Origin: Felis catus
Taxonomy: Eukaryota
Length of the DNA: 64,000 nt
Direction of reading: 5' to 3'
Assembly (NCBI RefSeq): GCF_018350175.1
Contig: NC_058368.1
Location: forward strand, 180,794,001-180,858,000
Shown: in pieces, positions 35,881 through 49,027 of the stretch
Numbering within the stretch: position 1 is the first letter of the stretch
Layout: each line of letters starts with the position of its first letter
Made by a program: the position numbers and the translations under genes
Notes under the pieces: model-generated
Seen by the model: only the letters and a program-made list of their open reading frames with translations
Told to the model about the DNA's origin: nothing
Database searches by the model: none

Positions 35881-37884
35881 TTAATACATATGGCAAGAGC
35901 AAAGGAATCAAAAGGAGAGTCCAAATTCCGACAGAAATGAAGGTCTTGCAAAGGGGCTGCTGCATGGTGTCATCTGAGACAAATCTCAAATGCTTGAACT
36001 TGACTAAAGTTCAAGAAAAAAATTATTGCAGGCATCCTTGCCAAAACACAGTTCTATATCACGCAAACTGTAGCAATTTTTTCTCTTCCTGCAGTAATCC
36101 AAACATGACAACAAATGCCTTACAAGCAGAAATCCCCATGGAACTAATGATGGCAGAGGCCTCTGACACACCCCAAGTGGGAATAGACACATTTCACTTC
36201 TAAACTCCGACTAACAGGATCTCCTGTGGCTCTCCGTGCCACTTGAAAATGTTCGCTTTCCATCACAAATTTATTGTATTAAAGGATCTTTGCTACAGGC
36301 CAGTGGCTTACCTGAACAGGGTGAATCCTAATTCATCCATATGCTTGGTGGTAGGAGAAGCCAACTGGATGTGGCAAGGACAAAGGGTATGCCGTAAAGG
36401 GTTTACAAGTCAAAAGCAGGATACATGGAGTTCTTCCTCCTTCAGGAAGCCCTTTCAGATTGCACCAGATCAAGTCCAAAGTCTTCCTGTGTGCTGACCT
36501 ATGTAAGATATTTTATGATTGCCCCGTTCTGGAATTAACATTGGAACCGACACTGGCACATTATATACTGTATGACTCCATTTGGCCATATTTAGCCTAT
36601 TAGATCTTTATTAACTTTTCTAACCTGTACATGGAATAGAATTGGAAAGAGTTTTCATTCCAAGGATTTTCTTAGTAGGGAGTCCAGCTAGATTAGATGC
36701 AAGTAGCCACTTGGTAAAGTCTTTCACATTCTCAGGGAGAAACCCAAAGCGTGACGGTTCTCTCCACAAGATTCCTTTTGTTTTCTAATTAAGTTCTGAC
36801 ACAACTTAAGGAAGAGTGGCATATGAGCTATGCCCACTTGTGACAAAGCATTTTCAATTACTTCCTTGTTCATTCCTTCATTCACGTCTTCATGGGTTCA
36901 TTCACCTGGCAATTCATTATTGAGCATCTATGCCGGGTCTGGTAGATTTTTGACATGGTAGATCTCTGGCCTCTAGGAAGGTAAACAGGTGGCAGATCTC
37001 CAGCCTCTGACCTTTTTGTTGAGCCTTAAAGATCCCACGGTAACTCTTCTATTTTTCTTCTGGTTGTTAACTACCCAAAGACTTCACTTTGTCACGAATG
37101 TTTTTATTCACATGTCAGCTTATGTGCAATAATTTTATAAGGGTCATTATGACATACTGCTCTGACAAGTCTTCGTATAGGCATATCATTCGACTCCACA
37201 TGAACCCCTTCCCCCTGTCCCCCTGTCTTATTTCCCAAGATGAACTCACTCTTCGGTCAAGTCTACATCTTCCAATATACAAGATTTTGTGCTAGGGTAC
37301 TGTTTAAAGGGTGCCCCATGGCATACAGAGAAATTCACAAGAATGTTAATTATTACCTGTGGAGAGAAACTATAACATTTTGATTCATTTGTGTTTTCAG
37401 TTGAATGTGGTATTTATCAACTCTCTTTTATGTTTAATTGTAGATAATATAGCATGGTGAATTGGAGCCCTCTATTACGCATATGGAATACACATGCTGT
37501 ATTGCTTTCCTTGTAAGATTAAGACTCAGAATTCTTGCTGTGAATTTTCAGTTCCATCAGTAGGATCCATATGGACTTTGGAGTAGTCTTTGCACACAAA
37601 AAATAGAGTGAGACATCTAGATCCACGAAGTGAAAATAGAGATGGGATTAATGAAGTTTCACCACTTGAGTTTACTCCAATTGTCCCATCCCAATCTTTC
37701 TGCACATCTATAAATACCCTTAGCATCCTCACCCTCATTCTATGAATAACAGAAAAACCCATCATTTATAGATTTTTCTAATTAAAACGCATGTAGTCTA
37801 AACCAAAGAAGCCATAAACAGCATTGAGAAAAGTAGGCAAACACACTCCATGCTTTTTTTGTTGAGAAATTTTAGCACAAGTTC

Positions 37885-37994
37885 TTTTTAAGATTTTACT
37901 TTTTAGGCAATATTTACACCTAACATGGGGCTCGAACTCATAACCCCAAGATCAAGAGTTGCAGGCTCTAACAAAAGAGCCAGCCAGGTGCCCC
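37885..37994 (-). mobile_element. Short tRNA-like Can-SINE variant without the CT tract
   Basis: Reverse complement: ggggcacctggctggctc...tagagcctgcaactcttgatcttggggttatgagttcgagccccatgttaggtgtaaatattgcctaaaaagtaaaatctt. Confidence 0.85.
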
Positions 37995-38563
37995 ATCTGA
38001 CATAAAATTTAAGGGCTATCTCATTAAGGCACTAAACAAATAAATAAATAAATTACCTATTAAATCAACCAGAAGCAGCACAAGATAAAACAGAGTATTA
38101 TGCTACAACATACTTTTCACAGACATAAAAGCTGATCAAAATACCATGACAGAAACTCTCATACATTGCCAGTGGGGATGTGAAATACACAGACATTCTG
38201 GAAAAGTCTGCCAGTTTCCTGTATTGTTACATTGACCACGAGATCTAATCATCTCAATTCTAGGTATTCACCCTACAGAAATGAAAATGTATCTTTATCT
38301 CAAAACCTATACATGGAAGTTTATAGCAGTTCTACTATGATCACCAAAACCTAGAAACAACCCAGATACTCTACAAGTGAATTAATAAAGTGGGGTAATC
38401 TGTATGACAGAATGCTACTCAGCAATAACAAGGGATCAACTATTGATACATGCAACAGCTTGGAAACATCTCAAAGGTACCATGCTGAATGGAAGAAGTC
38501 AGTTTCAAAATGTTATATACTGTGTAACTGCATTCACATGACATTCTCGAAAAGACAAAACTA

Positions 38564-38743
38564 GCGTGGCCTGGCTGGCTCAGTCGGTTTAAGCGTCTGA
38601 CTCTTGATCTCGGCTCAGGTTGTAATCTCAAGGTTCGTGTGTTGGAGCCCCGCATCAGGCTCTGCACTATCATTGTGGAGCCTGCTTGAGATTCTTTATC
38701 TCTTTCTCTCCCCTCCCTCTCTCAAAATAAATAAACTTTAAAA
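38564..38743 (+). mobile_element. Can-SINE (first of a tandem pair)
   Basis: cctggctggctcagtcggtt...gactcttgatctcggctcagg...aaaataaataaactttaaaaa; flanked by AAGACAAAACTA. Confidence 0.93.
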
Positions 38744-38755
38744 AAGACAAAACTA

Positions 38756-38951
38756 GGGGGCGCCTGGGTGGTTCAGTCGGTTGAGGGTCTGAGTTGGGCT
38801 CAGGTCATGATCTTGCGTCGGGCTCTGTGCTGACAGCTCAGAGCCTACAGCCTGCTTCAGACTTTGTGTCTCCCTATCTCTGCCCCCGCCCTCCACTCAT
38901 GCTTTGTCTCTGTCTCAAAAATAAATAAACATTAAAAAAATTTATAAAAAT
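38756..38951 (+). mobile_element. Can-SINE (second of the pair, internal deletion through the B box)
   Basis: gggggcgcctgggtggttcagtcggttgag...caggtcatgatctt^gcgtcgggctctgtgctgacagctcagagcc; flanked by AAGACAAAACTA. Confidence 0.93.
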
Positions 38952-39220
38952 AAGACAAAACTATAGTGACTGAAAACAGATCGGTAACTGCCAGGATTTG
39001 GATTGGGAGAGGATGTAACTACAAAAGGGCAGCATGAGGGAGGTTTGTGAGGGGACAGAACTACTCCGCATCATGATAGTGGTGGTGGGGTTACACAAAT
39101 CTATATGTGTCACAATTCATAAAATTCATAAAAGACAATTTTACTGCGTGCTACTTTAAAAGTATACAATAAAACAACAAAAAATTAAACATGTGGCTGA
39201 ATGTTAAGAACAGGACATAA

Positions 39221-39418
39221 GGGTTCCTGCTGGCTCAGGCAGTTAAGTGTCTGACTTGGCTCAGGTCATGATCTCACAGTTTGCGAGTTCCAGCCCCCTG
39301 TCGGGCTCTCTGCGGTCAGTGCAGAGCACACTTCAGATCCTCTGTTCCCCTCTCTCTGCCCCTCTCCTACTTGTGTGTACTCTCTCTCTCCCAAATAAAC
39401 ATTAAAAAATAATAAAAA
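39221..39418 (+). mobile_element. Can-SINE
   Basis: tggctcaggcagttaagtgtctgacttggctcaggtcatgatctcacag...; flanking aagaacagga. Confidence 0.92.
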
Positions 39419-39616
39419 AAGAACAGGATAGAATATTTGATGTTGAAGGGGACAGACTTGTGGCAGAGTATGAGCCACTCCAGGTAGAGAAGCTGAGGCT
39501 ATTCTCTGTAAAACAAAGGAGCCAACCAATGCCAAAACTTGGAAATCTGTTTCCAACATATATGTCACATCCTTAAAAATAAGATAAAAAAAAGCACCGT
39601 AGAAAAAACAAGAACA

Positions 39617-39848
39617 GGAGCACCTGGGTGGCTCAGTTGGTAGAGTGTCGGACTTCGGCTCAGGTCGCGATCTTGTGGTTTGTGGTTTCGAGCTCCACGT
39701 TGGGCTCTGTGCTAACAGCTCAGACCCTGGTGGAGTCTGCTTCAGATTCTGTGTCTTTCTCTATGCCCCTCCCCTGTTCACACTCTGACTCTCTCTCTCA
39801 TCTGACTCTCTCTCAAAAATAAACATTAAAAAAAACAAGAAAAAAAAA
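39617..39848 (+). mobile_element. Can-SINE
   Basis: gcacctgggtggctcagttggt...gacttcggctcaggtcgcgatct...; flanking aagaacag. Confidence 0.93.
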
Positions 39849-42359
39849 AGAACAGAGTCAACATTGGTGTAAAACTTCTACTGTGTATCATGAATAGTTT
39901 TCGTACTTGAATTCATGTTAATACTGTTTGCTGAAGCTCGTGCTCCTACTGCAAGCTTTCCAAGAAACTATACTGTGTAAAAAGGAGAAAGAATGGCTTT
40001 GCTGCACAACACTGTCAGCTTCTCTACTGACACTCAGCACAATCTGTAACCTTGTAGAAACATTAACAGCACTACATTATTCATCACAATAAGATTATTA
40101 GTTGATGGGAAACAAATTACAGAGCTTCACAACCTGCTATACTTCCTGAATGCATACAAGGCAATTTTTCATGAATGGAAATTGCTACCCGGGAAGAGAA
40201 ACTTGTGTTTGTCTTCTGATAGTTCCAACAGGAGAAGGGATCAATTCTGGTGTCAAAAAAGGCCAATGAAATAAAAGAAGAGAAAAAATTTAAACGGTAT
40301 TTAGGAAGACCTCCTCAGGGCACTCACAGCTCAGCAACATGTCCAGTAAAGATACAGACTGTAAGCTTGGAGGAATGGAGAAAGCATACCTGTTTCGTTT
40401 AATGTGATGGCACAGCTCTGCATGTTGCCATGGATTTATTGGAAAAGCACCTTTAGAAATGTAGGAGACGCCAGCAGCACTGAATACAGGTCTGGCCATC
40501 TATGCAGCCATCGAAAATGGCTTGGCTTGTTCTGGTCCCTGTGCTACAAATGCCAGCAACTAGCAAATGCTCATCTCATCTTTTACACCTCACATCCTCC
40601 TGAAATGCCTTCCTGGCCACTCTCTTGCCCTGCAGGTGGAATGCACCCTTCTCTCTGTCATGACCTCTAGGTAGCACACATAGATGTGATTTTCCCACAT
40701 GCTATTCCCTACTGTCCTTGTCCCCTCGCATCAGGGTCTGAGCCTCAGATCCAGGGTCTGTTGGATGATGGGGTGGAAGAGCAGGACTAACGGCTGGTTG
40801 GTAAACAGATAAATGAAAAGGGATATCAAGGTTTCCAATAGCAACAGCCTAACCTGGGGAAACAGGTGTGGTGTAATTAGCATAGGTCTGTGCAGCTCCA
40901 GCACCTGTGACCCACATCAGTCCTGTCCTTCAGAGCCCAGGAGGTTCCTAACTACTGGGGCTGGGACTAGCAGAAAGGAGGGGGGAAATGCAGGAAGATG
41001 ACACTGCTCAGGCTCACAACAGGGACTGTGGCTTATGAGGTCTGGTCCCAGGAAGGGCATGAGGGCAAAGTGTGAGAAGTGAGAATTCTAACAAGGGTAC
41101 TGTAGGCACTGACAAGTAACTCAGGATGTCCCGTTGCACCAGCTGCTCTTCTTTGCTCCTGTTACTCTCTCAGTTTATAGAGCATTGCATGTCTTATTTC
41201 CTTTTTTCTTCCCGGGCACACTGTTTCCCTTCCTCTGTCCTTGCCGCTTAGGTGTTCAGACACTTTCCACAAACACTCATGAGTACCCAGCTAAAATGCT
41301 ATCTACTGCTTTGATACTTCCCACCCCTTTTCTTTGCTTCCAATCTCAGGGAAAATCAATAACAAATCCATTATTCTGCCTACCTGGACGATTCAAGGTA
41401 GAGCCACCTGCGCAACCGTCTGGCTGAACTTGCAGAAAGCTACGGCTCCTCAGTTGCTATAGCTGGCCCTGGAGCCAAGGACACAAATGCCAGGCCCTGG
41501 AAAGCTGCCGTGGCATGGGCTGGAGCTGAACTTCTCTCGTGGTGCAGACTGCGACCTGAATGAGGACAGCCTTGCAAGAGGGCAGGAAGGTGCCAGAGAT
41601 ATAGGCAAGCCCTGAATCAGAAAGGCGAGAGCTATCTTTGTCTTTCCTCTCAGGGATCACTCTGCCGGTCTGGTTAATACCCAAAGGCTCTTGACGCTTC
41701 TCAGTGCTCCAGCCAAACTCCCTTGTCCCAATTTCTTCCTCTGAACCAGCCCTTTCTCTGAGTTACATCAGTGGCTAGGCTTGTCATTAGTATGTGTTTT
41801 CCAGAAGGAAGCAGCCCTTTTCAGGTCCTTGCTTTTAAAGGTCACAACCAATGTGGCATGTCTGCCTCCCTGTTGGGTTACATTTTGCTTACAAAGTGTG
41901 GTTTGGAGCCAAAACAGTTTGAGAGAACATGTGCATCTTTCCCCTTCTCTTGGGAGGGAATCTGGTGTTCTGAGGTAAGTGAAATGCAACTGTCCCATTC
42001 CATACCCATGTTCTATTTCTCCCGTTAAGAAAAGAACAATGTGAAGGGATGCTGGAGATTCACAACATGTGACAGCTTATAGTAGGATCTGCCACAATAC
42101 TAGGTGAGTGGATTTTACTATTCTAGAAAACAGCCTTTCTCAACCTAACCAAAGGAAGTCCAGGGTAAAATGTGTTCTGGAGGAATTAGTCCCAGGTGGG
42201 CCTGATTTGAATGGGTTGGATAATTATAGATCAGGTAGCACCTTGTCTAAGGTGAAGTCCCAGATGCCTTCACTGTATACTTTTACCTAGTCTCCTGTAG
42301 TACCATGTGTGTGTCACATTCATGAAAACACTTCACCATAGACAAGAGTGATCATAATA

Positions 42360-42650
42360 TTTATAATACTAATAGCTAACTTTTTTGAGCACTCACTTTG
42401 TGCCACGTTCTAGCTTAAGAACTTTACTTTTGTATCACAGAAAAATAATGACAAGATGGTTGTCTACTTAACATGCAATAATAGCAAGAGTATCTATGAT
42501 AATCCTACGTGGTCCTCATAGTGACTCTAGGGAAGGTGCTCATTATACAGACCAGGAGACTGAAATTTGAGAGGTTTAACCGACTTGCCTCAGGTCACAG
42601 AGCTGGAAAGGAAGAACCATCATCCCAGGCTACTGATTCCATAGGCCTGG
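42360..42650 (-). mobile_element. MIR remnant
   Basis: aatagctaacttttttgagcactcactttgtgcca...gactgaaatttgagaggtttaaccgacttgcctcaggtcacag. Confidence 0.65.
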
Positions 42651-42774
42651 CTCTTCATGCTAGGTGGTCCTGGGTCACAAATATGTCTTTTATCACACAT
42701 CATTTCATAAATGAGGAGGTCCAAATGAGTGAAATTCCCAAATAACCAAAACTCACTGTCCAAAAATGGTAGAT

Positions 42775-43005
42775 TTTTTTTTGAGGGAGAGAGCGAGCAA
42801 GCAAGCATGTGCATGAGCAGGGGAGAGGCAGAGAGAAAAGGGGAGAAAGAGAGAGAGACAGACAGACAAAGACAGAGATACACAGAAGGAGAGAATGAAT
42901 CTTAAGCAAGCTCTAGGCCCAGCTTGGAGTCTGAACTGGGGCCCGATCTCACGGCTGTCAAAATCAAGAGTCGGATGCTTAACCAACTGAGCCCCCAGGT
43001 GCCCC
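42775..43005 (-). mobile_element. Can-SINE
   Basis: aaatcaagagtcggatgcttaaccaactgagcccccaggtgcccc; TSD AAATGGTAGAT. Confidence 0.93.
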
Positions 43006-43754
43006 AAATGGTAGATATTTGTATTTTACCCAGGTTGTATGGATATAATAATCCAAAATTGGAAACCCTATTTGGCTGCATTTTTAAAGAGAGCATAATG
43101 AGCATAATTCAATACTTAATTAATGACTGAAAGCCTATTAAGAGCAAACATAATTGTGCTATATGCAGTCATATAATTCTGTATCTCCTTGTGATTTATT
43201 CTGTCTCCTTCCTTGAGGTCAGGCTGTCAGGTGTCAATCTTGGGTATCAATCTTCTGGACCTACTGCTCTGCTCTACACCACCACACCCACCCTTCCATT
43301 TTCTGTGTATCTCTTAAGTTCTTATTTTGTAGAAAGTTGTTAAGTTTGTTAAAGATTACATGTTAAGGAAGAACAAACGAGACTCCAGATGAAGGCCTAA
43401 TGAAGTGCAGAACAAAATAAAGCTATTTTGAGAACATAAGAGGGCATTTTAAAAAACTTATTTCTCAACTTGGGGTTATATTCTAGAAAGCCAGAGTTGC
43501 AAGAACCTGTCAAGCACACTCTTCAGTGTTCTGAATTGTCACTTAACCAGTTTCTACACAGGATCTTGTTTTCCCAGCTGGAATATTAAACTGGAAGGTG
43601 GAGATCACTGTATATTTGGAAAATGAACACTTGCCAGTGGTTAGGCCAGGGTTGCAAAGATAAGAGCCTCCACTCCAGGAATTTCGAGTTTAGTTCTTTT
43701 CAACACCATGTGAAGGCTGCTATGGAGGATGAAACAAGGTATACTTGACTTGAA

Positions 43755-43950
43755 CAAAACCATGGCTCATGGACCATATTCAGCCCCTGAGCTAAGTAGA
43801 CTGTTTTGTCTATTTCTGAAGGGTTGTAAAAAAAAAAAAAAAAGAAAAAAGAAAAGAGAAATATATGATAAAGTCCGTATATGGCTCTGAAAGTGAAGTC
43901 TAAAATATTTACTCTCTGGACCTTTACAGAAAAAATTGCTGACCCCTGGC
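43755..43950. mobile_element. MER58-like hAT-Charlie DNA transposon remnant
   Basis: ctaaaatatttactctctggacctttacagaaaaaattgctgacccctg matches the MER58 terminus as recalled. Confidence 0.75.
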
Positions 43951-46900
43951 CTAGAGGTAGGAAAGACTTCCTGGAGGAAGAGGTATATGAGCAGTCACAT
44001 TATAAATTCATCAGGGTCTTTTTCAGTCTTGTACACATATGCATATACGTTTATTATGTGTGTTTGTATTGTGTTTGTTTGAATGAATACATGATGAAGC
44101 AAACAGGTATAATTGGTAGGTTCAATTAGTCTTGATCACAGGCTATGGTTCCGGCTCACTCCACTGAGCTGTCACCTTCAGCAAACAGTCTCTTTCTAAA
44201 TCAGACACATTTACATCTGCTCATTGAGGAAACAACTGAAACAAAACAAAAGAAAACAAAGCATAAAACAAAGAAACAATTGAGTTTCCTTTCTCAGGTT
44301 CCATATTACACCCAATCAATCTGTACAGAAGTGAGACATTCAAATATGGAATTACCGCAAGGGGTACGCTGCTAAGCATCCAATAAATTACACCTCACAG
44401 AAGTTAACATTCCCCCCTTCCCCTCCCCGCCTGCAATCAGCCTCTCCACTTACAACTGTTCACCTAGGCAGCTCAGTACGGACGATGGTAAAATCAGCAA
44501 ACATATCTTTTTCTTCTCTGGTGTTTTATATCTTCTATTTGAGCTTCATTGAAACAGAAATGTCACACTGCTATCTTTAGAACACTCAGAGAGTTTGAAC
44601 TAAAAAACACAGTAGCTGATGCCCTAGACAAAAAGTGAGGGGATGCAGATTTCATGTCTGAACAGCAAAAGTAGACACAGTTTTAAAACAGCTATTAATC
44701 TGTGATAGGGAAAATAGCATAAAGGTGCAAGATCTTTCTTCCAACCACAGTCACAACCAAAGTTAAATAATCTAGCTATTTCTGAAGCAATTAGCAGTAT
44801 GTATTATTTCCTGACACTCATGAATGGAATCATTTTGAAAATCAGTGCTCTTAACACGTTTCACTATAAAATCAATTACTTTTAAAAGAAAGAAGCTCAT
44901 TCTCCACCCCAGGAACATATGATACACCACCTGCTTGTTCCAAGAGATGCTTCATTTTTTTTTTAAATGGGCTTATGGGAATGGGGTGCTCTCCTTTCTG
45001 GTATTATCTGCATTATTCTGGTATTATTCTGCAGTAAGGAATTTCAAACTCATCCCTATAGTTCTATGACCAACTCACAAACATTGTGAGTCTACACCAT
45101 CAGGAAACTTTCATCTCCTTTTAGGAATTTAAGCTTTCTAAGCCTGATATGATCTTAATTATCAGAAGTACATCCTTGCCCAAGTTCAATCTCTGACATC
45201 ATAAGAAAGTACAGTAGCTCCATTTCAGACGAGAAAAAGCTGATTTGGGGAGATATTGTATATATCTGTTTGCATAGAAGGAATCAGGCCTGAATTTATT
45301 TTCTTAGAGATGTTTCATGGATAACATTTTCATTTTCATCAAAAGCAACCAATTTAAAAGTTTCTATTGGCTGTTGACAGTGTCCCTAGCAGGGGACCTT
45401 GGCTGATTACAAATGGCAGTGTTTTTCAAGGAGCAAAAGGTGTTATCTTATTTCCAGAGAATATCATGTAAGGCATGGTCAGGACACTGGCACTACTGTG
45501 GGATTTTTTGCTTTGTAGAAATCAAAGGAAAAGAACTTCCCCCCACCTAAGGCTGGCATTGATAAAGTTGTAAACATTACACAGCTATAAAATATGTTAA
45601 AATATCTGTAAGTGTTTTAAACTGGCCATCTTCTACCACAGCATAAACAGCAACTTTTTCTGGCCACTTAAAAGGTCATTTAATGAATTTCCAGTTTGGT
45701 TCAATTAATGGCATCTTGAAAAAAAATGTTTCTTTCCAAATAAAATGTTTTTCTGCTTTAGGAATGATCTACTCACTGTCAGCAACTGGCTAAGCAACTT
45801 TTAAAAGAAGGTAAAAAAATTCAATTAACTCATATTAAACCACAAGTCATTTGTCAACAGACATCAAAATGAGGATTTTTGGAACAAGCCTGGAGTCTAT
45901 GGCATTAAAACAAACAAACAAAAAAATCCTTTTGTTTGACTCATTAAATCATCCTACAATGTCACAAACTTATTTGTTCCTACAACAAATGGAAAATTTT
46001 GTGTCTAGACATCCATCAAAACCTTAACAAAAATTAATTGTTAAGATATCTGTATTTGTGGGGATGTGTCTCAGGTCACGTCAAGTCTGTCATGTAAGTT
46101 ACCTCTGAAAAAGTCTCCCCTATCTGAGATAGGCTAAACCCAATTGATCTTTTTATGTCTTTGGTCTTCTGTAGAAGAAAGTAAAAACTGCTATTTCCCC
46201 AGAGCACAGTAAAGAGATCTGAGCATGCCTCTTCTTTAAGCAATAACCATTAATATGAGTTCCGCTTGTACCAGACATCTGTAATGCTTTGGGCTGTATT
46301 TTCTGGCGCGATAACAGTGTTGTCTTGAGAACTGGTGCATGAAGAGGACAGAAGGCAGAGAGGCGGAGCTGAACTGCTCACTGGTGCTCCCATTGAAGGG
46401 ACAACATCTTCTCTTATGGGAAAACAGAGCCCTGAGCCATAAAGGGAAGTTTCATAAATCTTCCCCCACCAATTGTGTCAGTCTCTATTCTTGCTTGTGG
46501 CCCATGTCTGACCTTGATTAGAACCCAATCTCCCATGTAAAGATTCAAAAGGATCTGACATAAGATCACTGAAGAACATCTCTCACATTCCTTTAGGTCC
46601 AGACCCCAAGTTACTTGACAATCCATTTTGTGGGCAGTCTTGTCTGAAAAGGAGCCAAAAATCATGCTTGATAAGTTCCACAGACATTTATTGAGCATCT
46701 GTTTTGCACCTGGGCCTGAGCTCAATGCTAGGAACACAGTGGTGTCTAAGATTTAGTGCCCATCCTTGAGGTGTTCATAGTAGGAGGGACAGACAACTTC
46801 AGTAGAACCTGTAAGTGGTAAGAAAGGAGAATGTGCAGGGTGTTCTGAAAATGTCTTCTAACCACTAGAATGACATAATGAAAACTCATAAGCTTCTGTA

Positions 46901-47519
46901 TGGACTCAGAATTTTCTAGACTAGAGCAATTTCATGGGCAAGCTCTAACATCCTGTAGGAGGTATTTGTCATGCTCATGGAAAAGTTTAGGAATTACCCT
47001 GCCTTTTTGTTTTGTTTTTTTTTTTTTTACAAATTTTTCCAATGCACTCTTAGGTGTTTCTTATGTGCCCTGGGATGATATAGGTACATCACTCCATCTG
47101 CAGTTATTACTGAATAATTAAACGTGCTCCTCTTCACATTGGATGTAATTTCAGGAACATGAAAGCTCTATCTGCCTAAAAATCTCCCTCCCACAGTTTT
47201 ACTATGATGCCTGGCATTACATTAGGAATATCCTTTATGGGCCTAAGGAAATGAATGCCTTCATGACATGTTAGAGCTTCATGTTATCTGATTAATCTAA
47301 TTATCGCTCAGTGTCTTATCAAGACTCAGGGGCCTGAGGGACTAGAAAACAGAATTGGTAAGTTTTGATGTAGGAGTGAAAATGAGATGGGAACCACAGG
47401 CATTCTGGGGGGAGGGTGGTTCTTAGAGAGGGGAAAGAAATGCTAATAGAAGAAATGAGAAGAGACAAAGATCATTTTCATACATACTTGTTTTAGATTC
47501 TTATTATGCCCCCTCCCAA

Positions 47520-47640
47520 GAAGGAGGAAGAGGCATAGGAAGAGAAAGAAGGGAAGAGGATGAAAGAGAAGAATACACAAAGAAGAGAGAGAAGGAGGTG
47601 GAAGATAAAGAGCAAGGATAGAGAGGGAAGATAAGGAGAT
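47520..47640. repeat. Polypurine low-complexity tract
   Basis: About 120 bp that is almost entirely G/A on the + strand. Confidence 0.8.
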
Positions 47641-48833
47641 TTAGCTGTGATTGATTTTCCTTTCTTTGAAATGGAATAAACCATACCAGCCCACTTTGTG
47701 GACATCATTGGGCATAATGGGATAATGCTGGTGATGCCCCTGCCAAAAAAAAAGGGCAGTCAGTTAGCTTTTCTAAAGTATACCTTTGTAATCATTGGCA
47801 TTTATAATTCAGAACATCAGCCTTACTATAGCAGACATTTGGCTAAGGCAGAATCTACAAGGCTAGGTGCCTTTCAGAGTGGTACAGGCAGGCTCCCAGG
47901 AGACAAGCCAGCAATGGAAACTCATAGATGCCATCCTGTAGCCCCCAGCAAGCCAAGGCAGGCACCCTATTTTTGTCCTGACATCAACCTCTTTCCAGCT
48001 GATGAATCCCTTCATTCTTAGTTCCATTCAAGCTAGAGCAGCTGTCCCAGGGGAGTTAAAGAAAACACCCCCAAAACTAGATTTTGATATTGCATGCATC
48101 ACTTGCTTTCCTCAAACACAAACCATTTGCTCATGGAGGCATCCTTCCCCTCCCTCTCTATGTGCAGCACACATGAGGAAGCCCTCTGTATGGATTGGAA
48201 AAAAAAAATAAGGATTGATTTATGCACTTAAGGCACCCAGGGGAGTGACATAAACCCAGTTGGTGTCCCTGCATCCAGGAGACTACATTAGCACTACTGC
48301 GTTACCCTGGAGATGTGCAAAATCACATGTGGCTGACATCTCCCCCCACTCAGCAGCAAAGATGCCTCACAGGCACTATTTGCTCCACAATGTTAGTGAA
48401 ATAATGGAATGTTCAAGAAAGGGGTTCCTTGTATTGTACAGCAATCATGAGACACTGGGAAGAAGTGTTGAGTGATAGAGAGATTTTTGACCTTGGACTG
48501 ATGAAGTCAGCCCCACTGAAGGGGTGGATGTTTAATCATGAGCACACAAAACTAAAAACATAAAAAAGGAGAAATCAAAGGAAAAAATAAATTTAAAAAT
48601 CCTTCCTCCTTCCCATATAGCATGTGTGAACACATACACACTATATACAAACACAATGGGTTACTTACAAGAAAATTCAAATCTCAAGCTGTTAATAACA
48701 AATGTTTGTTGTTTTGTTTTTTAATTACAACTTTTAAATTTGAGAGAACTGTAGATATATGCTCCATTGTAAGAATAATGCAGAGATATTCCAAGTACTC
48801 TTTGTCCAGTTTCCCCCAGTGATAATAACCATC

Positions 48834-49027
48834 TTTTTAAAATGTTTATTTATTTTTGAGAGAAGGAGCATGAGCAGGGGAAGAGCAGAGAGAGAAGGGG
48901 ACAGAAGATCCAAAACAGGCTCTGCACTGACAGCAGTGAGCCCAATATGGGGCTTGAACTCACAAATCCTGAGACTATGACTTGAGCTGACATTGGATAC
49001 TCAACGGACTGGGCCACCCAGGTGCCC
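48834..49027 (-). mobile_element. Can-SINE
   Basis: aatgtttatttatttttgagaga...caggctctgcactgacagca...gccacccaggtgccc. Confidence 0.93.

Larger units (their letters stand above)
38150..39175 (+). mobile_element. Old L1M (MC/MD-like) 3' fragment hosting two SINEs
   Basis: aactctcatacattgcc...ctaggtattcaccc...ctagaaacaaccca...tactcagcaata...gacaaaactatagtgac...aaagggcagcatgaggga. Confidence 0.85.

Noticed and set aside
37885..37994. tRNA-like sequence with A and B boxes
   Set aside because: It has Can-SINE 5' and 3' ends and a decayed A box; it is a tRNA-derived SINE, not a tRNA gene.
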